IMG/VR virus record: IMGVR_UViG_2671180283_000006
DNA: 23,727 nt
Direction: 5' to 3' (one strand)
From: a virus
Lineage: Duplodnaviria; Heunggongvirae; Uroviricota; Caudoviricetes
The stretch's first letter is position 1, and each line of letters opens with the position of its first letter. The notes under the pieces are model-generated. The model had not been told where the DNA came from and did not search any database. It was given only the letters and a program-made list of their open reading frames with translations. The translations under genes and the position numbers were made by a program. Positions 6,227 to 15,221 of the stretch are shown in pieces.

Positions 6227-8326
6227 ATGGGTTTTTCATCAGCCCGAAATTTGGGAAGGGACATATCGGCAGGATTTTCCCCACCACGTCGCATGCCGAT
6301 TTCGGAGGCTGTTAAAAAATTCATGCGTGTTCCCAAGGGGGCTGGTAACTCGGTGCCATGGGATCCTGAACTGACACCCTACATCATTGAGCCCATGAAC
6401 TGCCTGGCATCGCGTGAATACGATGCGGTGATTTTTGTTGGTCCTGCGCGAACAGGGAAGACCATTGGTCTGATCGATGGATGGATTGTCTATACCATCG
6501 TTTGCGATCCTTCGGACATGCTCGTTGTGCAGATGACCGAAGATAAGGCCCGCGAGCATTCTAAAAAGCGCCTTGACAGAACGTTCAGAAGCAGTGCGGC
6601 GGTAAAGAAAAGAATGAGTCCACGTCGTAACGACAATAATGTCCATGATAAGACGTTCAGGGATGGCTCGTTCCTTAAAATTGGTTGGCCCTCGGTCAAT
6701 ATTATGTCGTCGTCGGATTACCGGTTTGTCGCCTTAACCGATTACGACCGTTTTCCGGAGAATATCGACAGCGAGGGTGATGGTTTCTCCCTGGCCTCAA
6801 AACGTACCACCACATTTATGTCCGCCGGGATGACTCTGGTGGAGAGCTCGCCGGGACGTGACATCTGCGACAGCAAATGGCGACGTAAGTCGCCTCATGA
6901 AGCGCCACCGACGACTGGTATTCTTTCCCTTTACAATCGTGGTGACCGCCGCCGCTGGTACTGGCCATGTCCGCACTGCGGTGAATATTTTCAGCCAGCT
7001 ATGGATGCCATGACCGGCTACCGTAATGAACCGGATCCCTTTAAAGCCAGTGAGGCGGCGTATCTACTTTGCCCGCACTGCAGCGGCATTATCACTGCGG
7101 AGAAAAAGCGTGAGCTCAATAGTGCAGGAGTCTGGTTGCGTGAAGGTCAGGTCATTGATCGTAACGGCAACGTTTCCGGTGAACCGCGCCGCTCCCGTAT
7201 CGCCAGTTTCTGGATGGAAGGGCCAGCTGCTGCGTATCAGACCTGGGCGCAACTGGTTTACAAATTACTGACTGCAGAACAGGAGTATGAAGCGACAGGA
7301 AGCGAAGAAACACTCAGGGCGGTTATCAACACCGACTGGGGATTGCCTTATCTTCCTCGTGCCAGCATGGAGCAACGAGAAAGTGAACTGCTTGAGCAGC
7401 GGGCAGAGCCAGTTCCTTCCCGCAGTGTGCCGGATGGCGTTAATTTCCTTGTGGCGACAGTGGATGTGCAGGCGGGACGTCATCGCCGTTTTGTGGTTCA
7501 GGTAACGGGCTATGGCAGCCGTGGCGAACGCTGGATTATTGATCGTTACAACATCACGCAGTCATTGCGCAGTGACTGCGACGGGGAGAGCCAGCGAATT
7601 GATCCGGCCAGCTATCCGGAAGACTGGGATGTCCTGCTGACGGATGTTTTTCATAAAAGCTGGCCGCTGGCCTCCGATCCTTCTCAACAAATGCGACTGA
7701 TGGCAATGGCGGTGGACTCCGGCGGTGAAGACGGGGTCACTGATAATGCCTATAAATTCTGGCGTCGTTGCCGTCGTGATGGCCTTGGTAAACGTATTTA
7801 CCTGTTTAAGGGCGACAGCATCCGGCGCGCAAAACTGATCAGCCGTACATTCCCTGATAACACCGGACGAACGGGCCGCCGGGCGCAGGCCGCAGGTGAT
7901 GTGCCGCTCTGGCTTCTTCAGACGGATGCCCTGAAAGACCGGGTGAATAACGCGTTATGGCGTGACTCGCCAGGTCCAGGCTATGTGCATTTCCCTGACT
8001 GGCTGGGGAGCTGGTTTTACGACGAACTGACGTATGAAGAGCGGAGCAGTGACGGGAAATGGAGTAAGCCGGGTCGCGGTGCCAACGAAGCTTTTGACCT
8101 GATGGTGTATGCCGAGGCTCTGGTCATTCTGCATGGATACGAAAAGATCCGCTGGCCGGATGCACCGGAGTGGGCGAGCCGGGAAACCTGGCTGGAGTGT
8201 GTCCCGGACAGTACCGAACCGTCACCCTCACCGGAACCGGTACCCACGCCTGTTAAAAAACAAAAACGGAAGAAAACAGTAACTGACGATGTTAACCCCT
8301 GGCTGACTTCCGGAGGATGGTTATGA
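6227..8326 (+). CDS. A: Terminase large subunit (lambda gpA family)
   Basis: 699 aa; Walker A VGPARTGKT; zinc motif WYWPCPHCGEYFQ matching lambda gpA ACPHCGE; GGAGG RBS. Confidence 0.9.
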   Translation: MGFSSARNLGRDISAGFSPPRRMPISEAVKKFMRVPKGAGNSVPWDPELTPYIIEPMNCLASREYDAVIFVGPARTGKTIGLIDGWIVYTIVCDPSDMLVVQMTEDKAREHSKKRLDRTFRSSAAVKKRMSPRRNDNNVHDKTFRDGSFLKIGWPSVNIMSSSDYRFVALTDYDRFPENIDSEGDGFSLASKRTTTFMSAGMTLVESSPGRDICDSKWRRKSPHEAPPTTGILSLYNRGDRRRWYWPCPHCGEYFQPAMDAMTGYRNEPDPFKASEAAYLLCPHCSGIITAEKKRELNSAGVWLREGQVIDRNGNVSGEPRRSRIASFWMEGPAAAYQTWAQLVYKLLTAEQEYEATGSEETLRAVINTDWGLPYLPRASMEQRESELLEQRAEPVPSRSVPDGVNFLVATVDVQAGRHRRFVVQVTGYGSRGERWIIDRYNITQSLRSDCDGESQRIDPASYPEDWDVLLTDVFHKSWPLASDPSQQMRLMAMAVDSGGEDGVTDNAYKFWRRCRRDGLGKRIYLFKGDSIRRAKLISRTFPDNTGRTGRRAQAAGDVPLWLLQTDALKDRVNNALWRDSPGPGYVHFPDWLGSWFYDELTYEERSSDGKWSKPGRGANEAFDLMVYAEALVILHGYEKIRWPDAPEWASRETWLECVPDSTEPSPSPEPVPTPVKKQKRKKTVTDDVNPWLTSGGWL

Positions 8327-8535
8327 ATCAGAATGATATTGAAGCCATGATTCAGCGTTATACGGAAGCTGAAATGGCGGTGCTGGACGGAAAATCCGTC
8401 ACTTTTAATGGTCAGCAGATGACCATGGAAAACTTATCTGAGATCCGGCAGGGGCGGCAGGAGTGGGAGCGCCGCCTTGCGGCTCTGATTACACGACGAC
8501 GGGGGCATCCCGGGTACCGGCTGGCGAGGTTCTGA
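8323..8535 (+). CDS. W: Head-tail joining protein (lambda gpW-like)
   Basis: About 70 aa; C-terminal RRRG motif and overall pattern like lambda W; ATG overlaps the terminase stop (ATGA); GGAGGA RBS. Confidence 0.7.
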   Translation: MNQNDIEAMIQRYTEAEMAVLDGKSVTFNGQQMTMENLSEIRQGRQEWERRLAALITRRRGHPGYRLARF

Positions 8536-10043
8536 TGGCAATTCTTGATGATGTGATTGGCGTTTTTTCACCTGGATGGAAAGCGGCAAGGCTGCGTTCC
8601 CGTGCGGTGATCCAGGCTTATGAGGCCGTAAAAACGACGCGGACACATAAAGCCCGACGGGAGAGCCGAACTGCCGACCAGTTAAGCCAGTACGGGGCCG
8701 TGTCGTTACGTGAGCAGGCCCGTTACCTTGATAACAACCACGATCTGGTCATTGGTGTATTTGACAAGCTGGAAGAACGGGTGGTGGGGAAAAACGGGAT
8801 TATTGTCGAGCCACATCCGGTATTACGCAATGGGGCCATTGCCCGTGATCTGGCAGCGGAGATTCGCACCCGATGGAGTGAATGGTCTGTCAGTCCGGAG
8901 GTCACCGGGCAGTTTACCCGTCCGATGCTGGAACGTCTGATGCTGCGTACCTGGCTGCGCGATGGTGAGGTGTTTGCCCAGATGGTTTCCGGGCGCATAA
9001 ACAGCTTGACGCCTTCTGCCGGTGTTCATTTCTGGCTGGAGGCGCTCGAGCCGGACTTTATTCCCATGACCAGTGATGAGAGCAACAGGCTGAATCAGGG
9101 CGTGTTTGTTGATGACTGGGGGCGTCCCGAAAAATATCTGGTGTATAAAAGCCGTCCCGTATCCGGGCGGCAGATGGAAACCAAAGAAGTGGATGCAGAG
9201 CGAATGCTGCATCTTAAATTTGTTCGCCGTCTGCACCAGATGCGCGGGACGTCTTTGTTGTCCGGTGTGCTGATCCGCCTCAGTGCTCTGAAAGAGTATG
9301 AAGATTCTGAGCTGACTGCAGCAAGGATCGCCGCTGCTCTGGGGATGTACATCCGGAAAGGCGACGGACAGAGCTATGAAACGGATGGTAATGACAGCAA
9401 GGAGAATGAACGCGAGCTTACCATTCAGCCAGGCATTATTTACGACGATCTGAAACCCGGCGAAGAAATCGGAATGGTGAAGTCGGATCGCCCCAATCCT
9501 AACCTTGAAACTTTTCGTAATGGTCAGTTGCGTGCCGTGGCTGCGGGCAGTCGTCTGAGTTTTTCCAGTACAGCGCGCAACTATAACGGCACTTACAGCG
9601 CCCAGCGTCAGGAGCTGGTTGAATCTACTGATGGCTACCTGATCCTGCAGGACTGGTTTATTGGTGCCGTCACCCGCCCGATGTACCGTGCCTGGCTGAA
9701 ACAGGCTGTGGCATCCGGTGTTATCAGGCTACCCCGCGATCTGGACCGATCTTCACTGTATACCGCGGTGTATTCCGGACCGGTGATGCCGTGGATTGAC
9801 CCTGTTAAGGAGGCTGAGGCCTGGAAAATTCAGATTCGTGGTGGAGCGGCGACAGAATCAGACTGGGTACGTGCAGGTGGTCGTAATCCGGATGATGTCA
9901 AACGTCGGCGCAAGGCCGAAATTGATGAAAACCGCAAGCTGGATCTGGTATTTGATACCGATCCGGCCAGTGATAAAGGAGGCAGCAGTGCCGCAACGAA
10001 ACGACAGGAGCCGCAGCACACCGACGACCAGTCCGAAGAATAA
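8535..10043 (+). CDS. Portal protein
   Basis: About 502 aa from ATG overlapping the W stop (TGATG); placed between W and the protease-capsid gene. Track ORF start 8463 is an upstream extension overlapping W. Confidence 0.8.
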   Translation: MAILDDVIGVFSPGWKAARLRSRAVIQAYEAVKTTRTHKARRESRTADQLSQYGAVSLREQARYLDNNHDLVIGVFDKLEERVVGKNGIIVEPHPVLRNGAIARDLAAEIRTRWSEWSVSPEVTGQFTRPMLERLMLRTWLRDGEVFAQMVSGRINSLTPSAGVHFWLEALEPDFIPMTSDESNRLNQGVFVDDWGRPEKYLVYKSRPVSGRQMETKEVDAERMLHLKFVRRLHQMRGTSLLSGVLIRLSALKEYEDSELTAARIAAALGMYIRKGDGQSYETDGNDSKENERELTIQPGIIYDDLKPGEEIGMVKSDRPNPNLETFRNGQLRAVAAGSRLSFSSTARNYNGTYSAQRQELVESTDGYLILQDWFIGAVTRPMYRAWLKQAVASGVIRLPRDLDRSSLYTAVYSGPVMPWIDPVKEAEAWKIQIRGGAATESDWVRAGGRNPDDVKRRRKAEIDENRKLDLVFDTDPASDKGGSSAATKRQEPQHTDDQSEE

Positions 10044-10056
10044 TTCCTGGTTCAGG

Positions 10057-12015
10057 ATGCAGGCAGGTCACCAGAGTGACGCGGATATTTATATTTATGA
10101 CGAGATTGGTTTCTGGGGTGTTACAGCGAAGCAGTTTATCAGTGATCTGAATGCACTGGGCGATATCACCCACATTAATCTCCATATTAATTCACCGGGT
10201 GGCGATGTCTTTGAAGGCATCGCCATTTTTAATGCACTGAAAACACATGGTGCGTCCATTACCGTTTATGTCGACGGTGTGGCGGCGTCAATGGCGTCGG
10301 TCATTGCGATGGTGGGAAACCCGATCATTATGCCGGAAAACTCCTTCATGATGATTCATAAACCATTTGGCTTTACGGGCGGTGATGCGGAGGACATGCG
10401 CACCTATGCCGACCTGCTCGATAAAGTTGAGGCGGTTCTGTTACCCGCTTATGCACAGAAAACCGGGAAAACCACCGATGAAATTGCTGCCATGCTGGCG
10501 GATGAGACCTGGATGTCCGGTGCCGAATGTCTGGCACAGGGATTTGCTGATCAGGTGACACCAGCCGTTAAGGCAATGGCATGTATTCAGTCAAAACGTA
10601 CAGAGGAATTTAAAAAGATGCCGGAATCCATTCGAAACATGATTACTCCGCCACGCAACAGTGCTCCACGCGTACAGGATGATGAACCTGCAGCCTCCCG
10701 GACGCCAGTGCAGGCAGCAGCACCCGTGGTGGATGAAAACAGTATCCGTGCGCAGGTACTGGCAGAGCAAAAAGCGCGTGTAAACGGTATTAATGATCTG
10801 TTTGCCATGTTTGGCGGGCGTTATCAGATGCTGCAGGCCCAGTGTCTTGCCGATCCTGAATGTTCGCTGGAGCAGGCCCGTGAAAAGCTGTTGAACGAGA
10901 TGGGGCGCGAGTCCACGCCATCCAATAAAAATACCCCGGCTCATATTTATGCCGGTAACGGTAATTTTGTGGGGGACGGGATCCGCCAGGCGCTGATGGC
11001 GCGTGCCGGATTTGAAAAAACCGAACGTGATAATGTCTACAACGGGATGACCCTGCGTGAATATGCCCGTATGTCACTAACTGAACGGGGTATTGGGGTT
11101 TCCGGTTATAACCCGATGCAGATGGTCGGTGCGGCGTTCACACACAGTACGTCTGACTTCGGTAATATTCTGCTGGATGTTGCGAACAAAGCCATTCTGC
11201 AGGGCTGGGAAGATGCCCCTGAAACCTATGAACAGTGGACGCGGAAAGGTCAGTTGTCTGATTTTAAAATTGCCCATCGTGTGGGTATGGGGGGCTTCAG
11301 TGCTCTGCGTCAGGTGCGTGAAGGGGCGGAATATAAATACGTCACCACCGGAGATAAACAGGCCACTATTGCACTGGCGACCTATGGCGAGCTGTTCAGT
11401 ATCACCCGTCAGGCCATTATCAATGATGATCTGAATATGCTGACCGATGTCCCGATGAAACTGGGCCGTGCGGCGAAATCCACTATTGCCGATCTGGTTT
11501 ATGCCATTCTGACGTCTAACCCGAAAATCTCCACAGATAATGTAAGTCTGTTCGATAAAGCGAAACATGCAAACGTACTGGAGAGCGCTGCAATGGACGT
11601 GGCATCGCTGGATAAAGCCCGCCAGTTGATGCGCGTTCAGAAAGAGGGGGAGCGTCATCTGAATATTCGTCCTGCGTTCGTACTGGTACCGACGGCGATG
11701 GAGTCTGTTGCTAACCAGGTCATTCGCTCCTCAAGTGTCAAGGGGGCTGACATTAACGCCGGTATTATTAACCCGGTGAAAGATTTTGCGACCGTTATTG
11801 CAGAGCCTCGTCTTGATGATAACAGCCAGACCACCTTCTACCTGGCTGCGTCAAAAGGCTCCGATACGATTGAAGTGGCTTATCTCAACGGTGTGGATAC
11901 GCCATATATTGATCAGATGGAGGGCTTCAGTGTGGATGGCGTGACAACGAAAGTGCGTATTGACGCCGGTGTCGCGCCAGTTGATCACCGCGGTCTGGTG
12001 AAATGTACGGCGTAA
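10057..12015 (+). CDS. Fused prohead protease - scaffold - major capsid protein (Gifsy-2-type tripartite capsid gene)
   Basis: About 652 aa from ATG at 10057; N-terminal ClpP-like serine protease domain (INSPGGDVFEGIAIFNALKTHGASITVYVDGVAASMASVIAMVG), Ala/Pro/Gln-rich linker, C-terminal capsid-like domain of about 330 aa. Confidence 0.8.
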   Translation: MQAGHQSDADIYIYDEIGFWGVTAKQFISDLNALGDITHINLHINSPGGDVFEGIAIFNALKTHGASITVYVDGVAASMASVIAMVGNPIIMPENSFMMIHKPFGFTGGDAEDMRTYADLLDKVEAVLLPAYAQKTGKTTDEIAAMLADETWMSGAECLAQGFADQVTPAVKAMACIQSKRTEEFKKMPESIRNMITPPRNSAPRVQDDEPAASRTPVQAAAPVVDENSIRAQVLAEQKARVNGINDLFAMFGGRYQMLQAQCLADPECSLEQAREKLLNEMGRESTPSNKNTPAHIYAGNGNFVGDGIRQALMARAGFEKTERDNVYNGMTLREYARMSLTERGIGVSGYNPMQMVGAAFTHSTSDFGNILLDVANKAILQGWEDAPETYEQWTRKGQLSDFKIAHRVGMGGFSALRQVREGAEYKYVTTGDKQATIALATYGELFSITRQAIINDDLNMLTDVPMKLGRAAKSTIADLVYAILTSNPKISTDNVSLFDKAKHANVLESAAMDVASLDKARQLMRVQKEGERHLNIRPAFVLVPTAMESVANQVIRSSSVKGADINAGIINPVKDFATVIAEPRLDDNSQTTFYLAASKGSDTIEVAYLNGVDTPYIDQMEGFSVDGVTTKVRIDAGVAPVDHRGLVKCTA

Positions 12016-12038
12016 ACGTCGCAGACAACAACTCTGAT

Positions 12039-12058
12039 GGCCCGTAAGGGCTTTTTTT
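12039..12058 (+). terminator. Terminator-like hairpin after the capsid gene
   Basis: gccc-gtaa-gggc followed by ttttttt. Confidence 0.5.
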
Positions 12059-12101
12059 GTACCTGAAATCAGCCCCTGAACGGGGCTGTGCGGAGACAGT
12101 T

Positions 12102-12425
12102 ATGGCAAAGAATTTTGTAGAAGAAGGAAAAACGGTGGCGATTGTTGCCAGTGCAGCCATCAGCAGCGGAGATCTGGTGCAGGTGGGCGATGTTTTTGCG
12201 GTGGCGCTGACCGATATTCCACAGGGTGAAACAGGCGACGGCATGACCGAAGGTGTGTTTATGCTGCCTAAGCTGAAAACGGATGACATGAAAACGGGTA
12301 AGAAGGTTTATCTGAAGTCCGGAAAAGTTCAGCTGACTAACAGCGACTCTGATCCGCTGGTCGGGGTTGTCTGGGCAGATGCCGGAACCAGTGCAGAAGA
12401 AGTGCCGGTAAAACTCAATGTCTGA
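12102..12425 (+). CDS. Putative head decoration/cement protein (DUF2190-like)
   Basis: 107 aa from ATG at 12102 (MAKNFVEEGKTVAIVASAAISSGDLVQVGD...) with GGAGACAG upstream; located directly after the capsid gene; not lambda gpD-like. Confidence 0.45.
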   Translation: MAKNFVEEGKTVAIVASAAISSGDLVQVGDVFAVALTDIPQGETGDGMTEGVFMLPKLKTDDMKTGKKVYLKSGKVQLTNSDSDPLVGVVWADAGTSAEEVPVKLNV

Positions 12426-12693
12426 TCCCTTTTCCCGGCTGGCAGCGCGTATGGATGCTATCACGGTTAGAAAGATGGGAAAGACAGCCTCGATTAATGA
12501 TGTCGATATGACTGTGATCCCGGGAGAAACACTGGCAGAGCTGAATGCTCTGTCCGGACCTGCGGTCTCTCTGGTGGTGTTTTCTTCGGGATACCGCCCA
12601 CGGCGCGGGGATCGCGTTGTTTATGACGGACAACAATGGACGGTCACACGGCATGAACGTTTTAACGGTAAGCCAATGATCTTTATTGAGTAA
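12418..12693 (+). CDS. Head-tail attachment protein (lambda FII-like)
   Basis: 91 aa; pattern ...RRGDRVVYDGQQWTVTRHE... parallels lambda FII ...RRGDTLTIGEENFWVDR...; start overlaps the upstream stop. Confidence 0.6.
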   Translation: MSDPFSRLAARMDAITVRKMGKTASINDVDMTVIPGETLAELNALSGPAVSLVVFSSGYRPRRGDRVVYDGQQWTVTRHERFNGKPMIFIE

Positions 12694-12704
12694 AGAGGTG
12701 TGGG

Positions 12705-13283
12705 ATGAAGGGGCTTGAGAATGCCATCCGTAATCTGAACAGCCTTGATACCCGTATGGTGCCACAGGCCAGCGCATGGGCGATAAACCGTGTGGCACAG
12801 AAAGCGGTCTCGGTCGCCACCCGGCAGGTTGCCGGGAATACCGTTGCGGGAGATAACCAGGTGAAAGGGATCCCCCTGAAACTGGTACGTCAGCGTGTCC
12901 GGGTGTTTAAAGCCAGTCCGTCAGGAAAAATGACGGCCAGGATCCGCGTTAACCGGGGCAATCTGCCCGCTATTAAGCTGGGGACAGCCCGGGTCAGACT
13001 GGCCCGGCGTGGTGGAAAACTGCAGTACCGTGGCAGTGTGCTGAAGGTGGGTAAATATCTTTTCCGGGATGCGTTTATTCAGCAACTGGCGAATGGTCGC
13101 TGGCATGTGATGCGGCGTATTGATGGCAAAAATCGTTACCCCATTGATGTGGTGAAAGTCCCGCTGTCCGGACCGCTGACACAGGCATTTGAAGATGCCC
13201 GCGACCGCATTATTGCTGCGGAAATGCCGAAACAGCTGGGGTATGCACTGAAACAACAACTGAGGTTATGGCTGACCCGATGA
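12705..13283 (+). CDS. Z: Tail completion protein (lambda gpZ-like)
   Basis: 192 aa, same length and position as lambda Z; AAGAGG RBS. Confidence 0.65.
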   Translation: MKGLENAIRNLNSLDTRMVPQASAWAINRVAQKAVSVATRQVAGNTVAGDNQVKGIPLKLVRQRVRVFKASPSGKMTARIRVNRGNLPAIKLGTARVRLARRGGKLQYRGSVLKVGKYLFRDAFIQQLANGRWHVMRRIDGKNRYPIDVVKVPLSGPLTQAFEDARDRIIAAEMPKQLGYALKQQLRLWLTR

Positions 13284-13681
13284 ACCGACATACACAAATC
13301 CGCCAGGCCGTACTGGCACGCCTTCGGGAACAGTGTGGAGACAGCGCCACGTTTTTTGACGGGCTTCCGGCATTTATTGATGCGCAGGAACTGCCTGCCG
13401 TGGCGGTGTGGCTGAGTGATGCTCAGTACACCGGAAAAATGACGGATGAAGATGACTGGCAGGCTGTTCTGCATATTGCTGTCTTCATCCGGGCACAGGC
13501 ACCGGATTCAGAGCTGGATATGTGGATGGAGAGCACCATTTTCCCGGCCCTGAATGATATACCGGCACTTTCCGGACTCATCGACACCCTGATCCCTCTC
13601 GGTTTTAACTATCAACGTGATAATGAGATGGCCACCTGGGCGATGGCGGAAATCACGTACCAGATCACGTACACGAATTAA
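13280..13681 (+). CDS. U: Tail terminator protein (lambda gpU-like)
   Basis: ATFFDGLPAF...ELPAVAVWLSDAQYTGK...WQAVLHIAVFIRAQAPDSELDMWMES...DIPALSGLI closely parallels lambda U; start 13280 chosen by alignment to lambda U, upstream ATG at 13268 is an alternative. Confidence 0.8.
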   Translation: MNRHTQIRQAVLARLREQCGDSATFFDGLPAFIDAQELPAVAVWLSDAQYTGKMTDEDDWQAVLHIAVFIRAQAPDSELDMWMESTIFPALNDIPALSGLIDTLIPLGFNYQRDNEMATWAMAEITYQITYTN

Positions 13682-13686
13682 AGGAG

Positions 13687-14436
13687 GTGGCAATGACCAC
13701 ACCAAATCCACTGGCAAAAACGAAAGGTGCGGGAACGACGTTCTGGATGTACACCGGCAAGGGCGATGCGTTTGCGAACCCTTTATCGGACACTGACTGG
13801 CTGCGTCTTGCGATGGTGAAGGATCTGCAACCTGGCGAAATGACCGCTGATGCAGAAGATGACACTTATCTCGATGATGAAGATGCAGACTGGAAAACGA
13901 CAACCCAGGGGCAGAAATCCGTTGGTGATACTTCGGCGACGCTGGCCTGGCGTCCGGGTGACAGCGGGCAGAAAAAACTGGTTCAGTTGTTCGACTCCGG
14001 TGAAGTCTGCGCGTTTCGTATCAAATATCCCAACGGCACTGTTGATGTTTTCCGTGGCTGGCTGAGCTCACTGGGTAAAACCATTGCCTCAAAAGACGTG
14101 ATGACCCGCACAGTGAAAATCAGCGGTGTGGGGCGTCCGTATCTGGCAGAGGAAGGCACTGAAACAGTGAGCGTTACCGGGCTGACGGTGGCACCGGCAT
14201 CTGCCAGTGTAAAAGTGGGAGCAACCACCACGCTGACCTTTACAGTAAAACCTGACGGAGCCAGTGACAAAGCGATCAGTGTGCATTCGACAGATCCACA
14301 GACTGCCACGGTGACCCTGAACGGGCTTGTGGCCACGGTGAAAGGCGTGAAGCAGGGCAGTGTCAGCATTGTGGGCATGACTTCTGACGGCGATTTTGTG
14401 GCAGTGGCTGCGGTGGCTGTCAGCGCCGCAGGTTAA
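13687..14436 (+). CDS. V: Major tail protein (lambda gpV-like) with C-terminal Ig-like domain
   Basis: KGAGTTFWMY...ANPLSDTDW...YLDDEDADW...PNGTVDVFRGW closely matches lambda V; GGAGGTGG RBS. Confidence 0.9.
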   Translation: MAMTTPNPLAKTKGAGTTFWMYTGKGDAFANPLSDTDWLRLAMVKDLQPGEMTADAEDDTYLDDEDADWKTTTQGQKSVGDTSATLAWRPGDSGQKKLVQLFDSGEVCAFRIKYPNGTVDVFRGWLSSLGKTIASKDVMTRTVKISGVGRPYLAEEGTETVSVTGLTVAPASASVKVGATTTLTFTVKPDGASDKAISVHSTDPQTATVTLNGLVATVKGVKQGSVSIVGMTSDGDFVAVAAVAVSAAG

Positions 14437-14456
14437 CAGGACGATACTCATCATTT

Positions 14457-14480
14457 GCCCCGGTTATCCGGGGCTTTTTT
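14457..14480 (+). terminator. Intrinsic terminator between V and G
   Basis: gccccgg-ttat-ccggggc followed by tttttt. Confidence 0.6.
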
Positions 14481-14496
14481 GCAGGTGGAGAACATG

Positions 14497-14883
14497 ATGT
14501 TTCTGAAACAGGGCACGTTTAATTATGAAAAGCAGTCCGTGGTGCTCAGTGAGCTGTCCGGGCTGCAGAGAATTGAATATCTGGCGTTTGTTCAGCAGCG
14601 AACGGCAAAGTTTGATGCCGAAGAGGGAGAACTGCCGGAGGCTGAACGACAGATTGCTTTTCTGCGGATGGGGATGGATATCAATGCCTGGCTGGTTTCC
14701 CGCTCACTGTGGAATGCGGAACAGTCTCAGGATGTTGAGACGCTTTGCGCATCCGTTATTACAACATGGTCGTATGATGCCCTGGGAGCGGGGGCGGAGA
14801 TGGTTCTGTCGCTGAGCGGTATGGGAGTCATTGAGAATGCCGGGGATTTGGAGCATGAGGTGCTGACGCCGGAAAAGTCCTGA
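14497..14883 (+). CDS. G: Tail assembly chaperone (lambda gpG-like)
   Basis: MFLKQGTFNYEKQSVVLSELSGLQRIEYLAF parallels lambda G MFLKTESFEHNGVTVTLSELSALQRIEHLAL; track start 14455 is an upstream extension. Confidence 0.8.
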   Translation: MFLKQGTFNYEKQSVVLSELSGLQRIEYLAFVQQRTAKFDAEEGELPEAERQIAFLRMGMDINAWLVSRSLWNAEQSQDVETLCASVITTWSYDALGAGAEMVLSLSGMGVIENAGDLEHEVLTPEKS

Positions 14884-15221
14884 CGCGGGAAATGCAGTTT
14901 GTCATGCGGCTTGCCCGGGAGTTCCGGCGGGCAGACTGGCGGCGGATGCTGTCGGAAATGTCGGCCACTGAGCTTGGTGAGTGGGGCGATTATTTCCGGA
15001 TGCAGAGCTTCAGTGATGTGTGGATGGATGCGCAGTTTGCCTCGCTGAAGGCATTGATCGTGAGAATGGTGTCCGGTAGCAGTGATGCTGCGGTGGCTGA
15101 TTTCAGCCTTTTACCGGAAGAGAACGGGATACCGGAGCGAACGGACGAAGAACTGATGCATCTTGGGGAAGGTATTTCCGGAGGTGTGCGTTATGGACCA
15201 GATAGCCAACCTGGTCATTGA
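14497..15221 (+). CDS. gpGT-like fusion via programmed -1 ribosomal frameshift (T segment 14859-15221)
   Basis: The -1 frame opens at 14859 (stop TGA at 14856-14858) and G ends at 14883, so the slip must occur in 14859-14880; only candidate is CCGGAAAAG (slip on A AAG to AAA). Downstream frame encodes a T-like tail. Confidence 0.55.

Noticed and set aside
8463-8534. N-terminal extensions of track ORFs (portal from 8463; capsid from 9796; H from 15163; G from 14455; Rz from 3619)
   Set aside because: Each extension overlaps the preceding gene in another frame; internal starts with RBS and/or alignment to lambda homologues (8535, 10057, 15193, 14497, 3712) are better supported.
10367-11658. 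Multiple alternative-frame and antisense ORFs (60-190 aa) inside the protease-capsid gene, and similar ones inside terminase, portal, V, H, L and K
   Set aside because: All nested within genes with clear homology-based calls; their products are Arg/Cys/His-rich and not protein-like.
12070-12088. Hairpin agcccc-tgaac-ggggct upstream of the decoration-like gene as a second terminator
   Set aside because: No following T-run; more likely an mRNA structural element or chance palindrome than an intrinsic terminator.
14887-14893. Lambda-like slippery sequence GGGAAAT as the G-T frameshift site
   Set aside because: It lies after the G stop codon (14881-14883), so ribosomes translating G cannot reach it; the usable slip window is 14859-14880.
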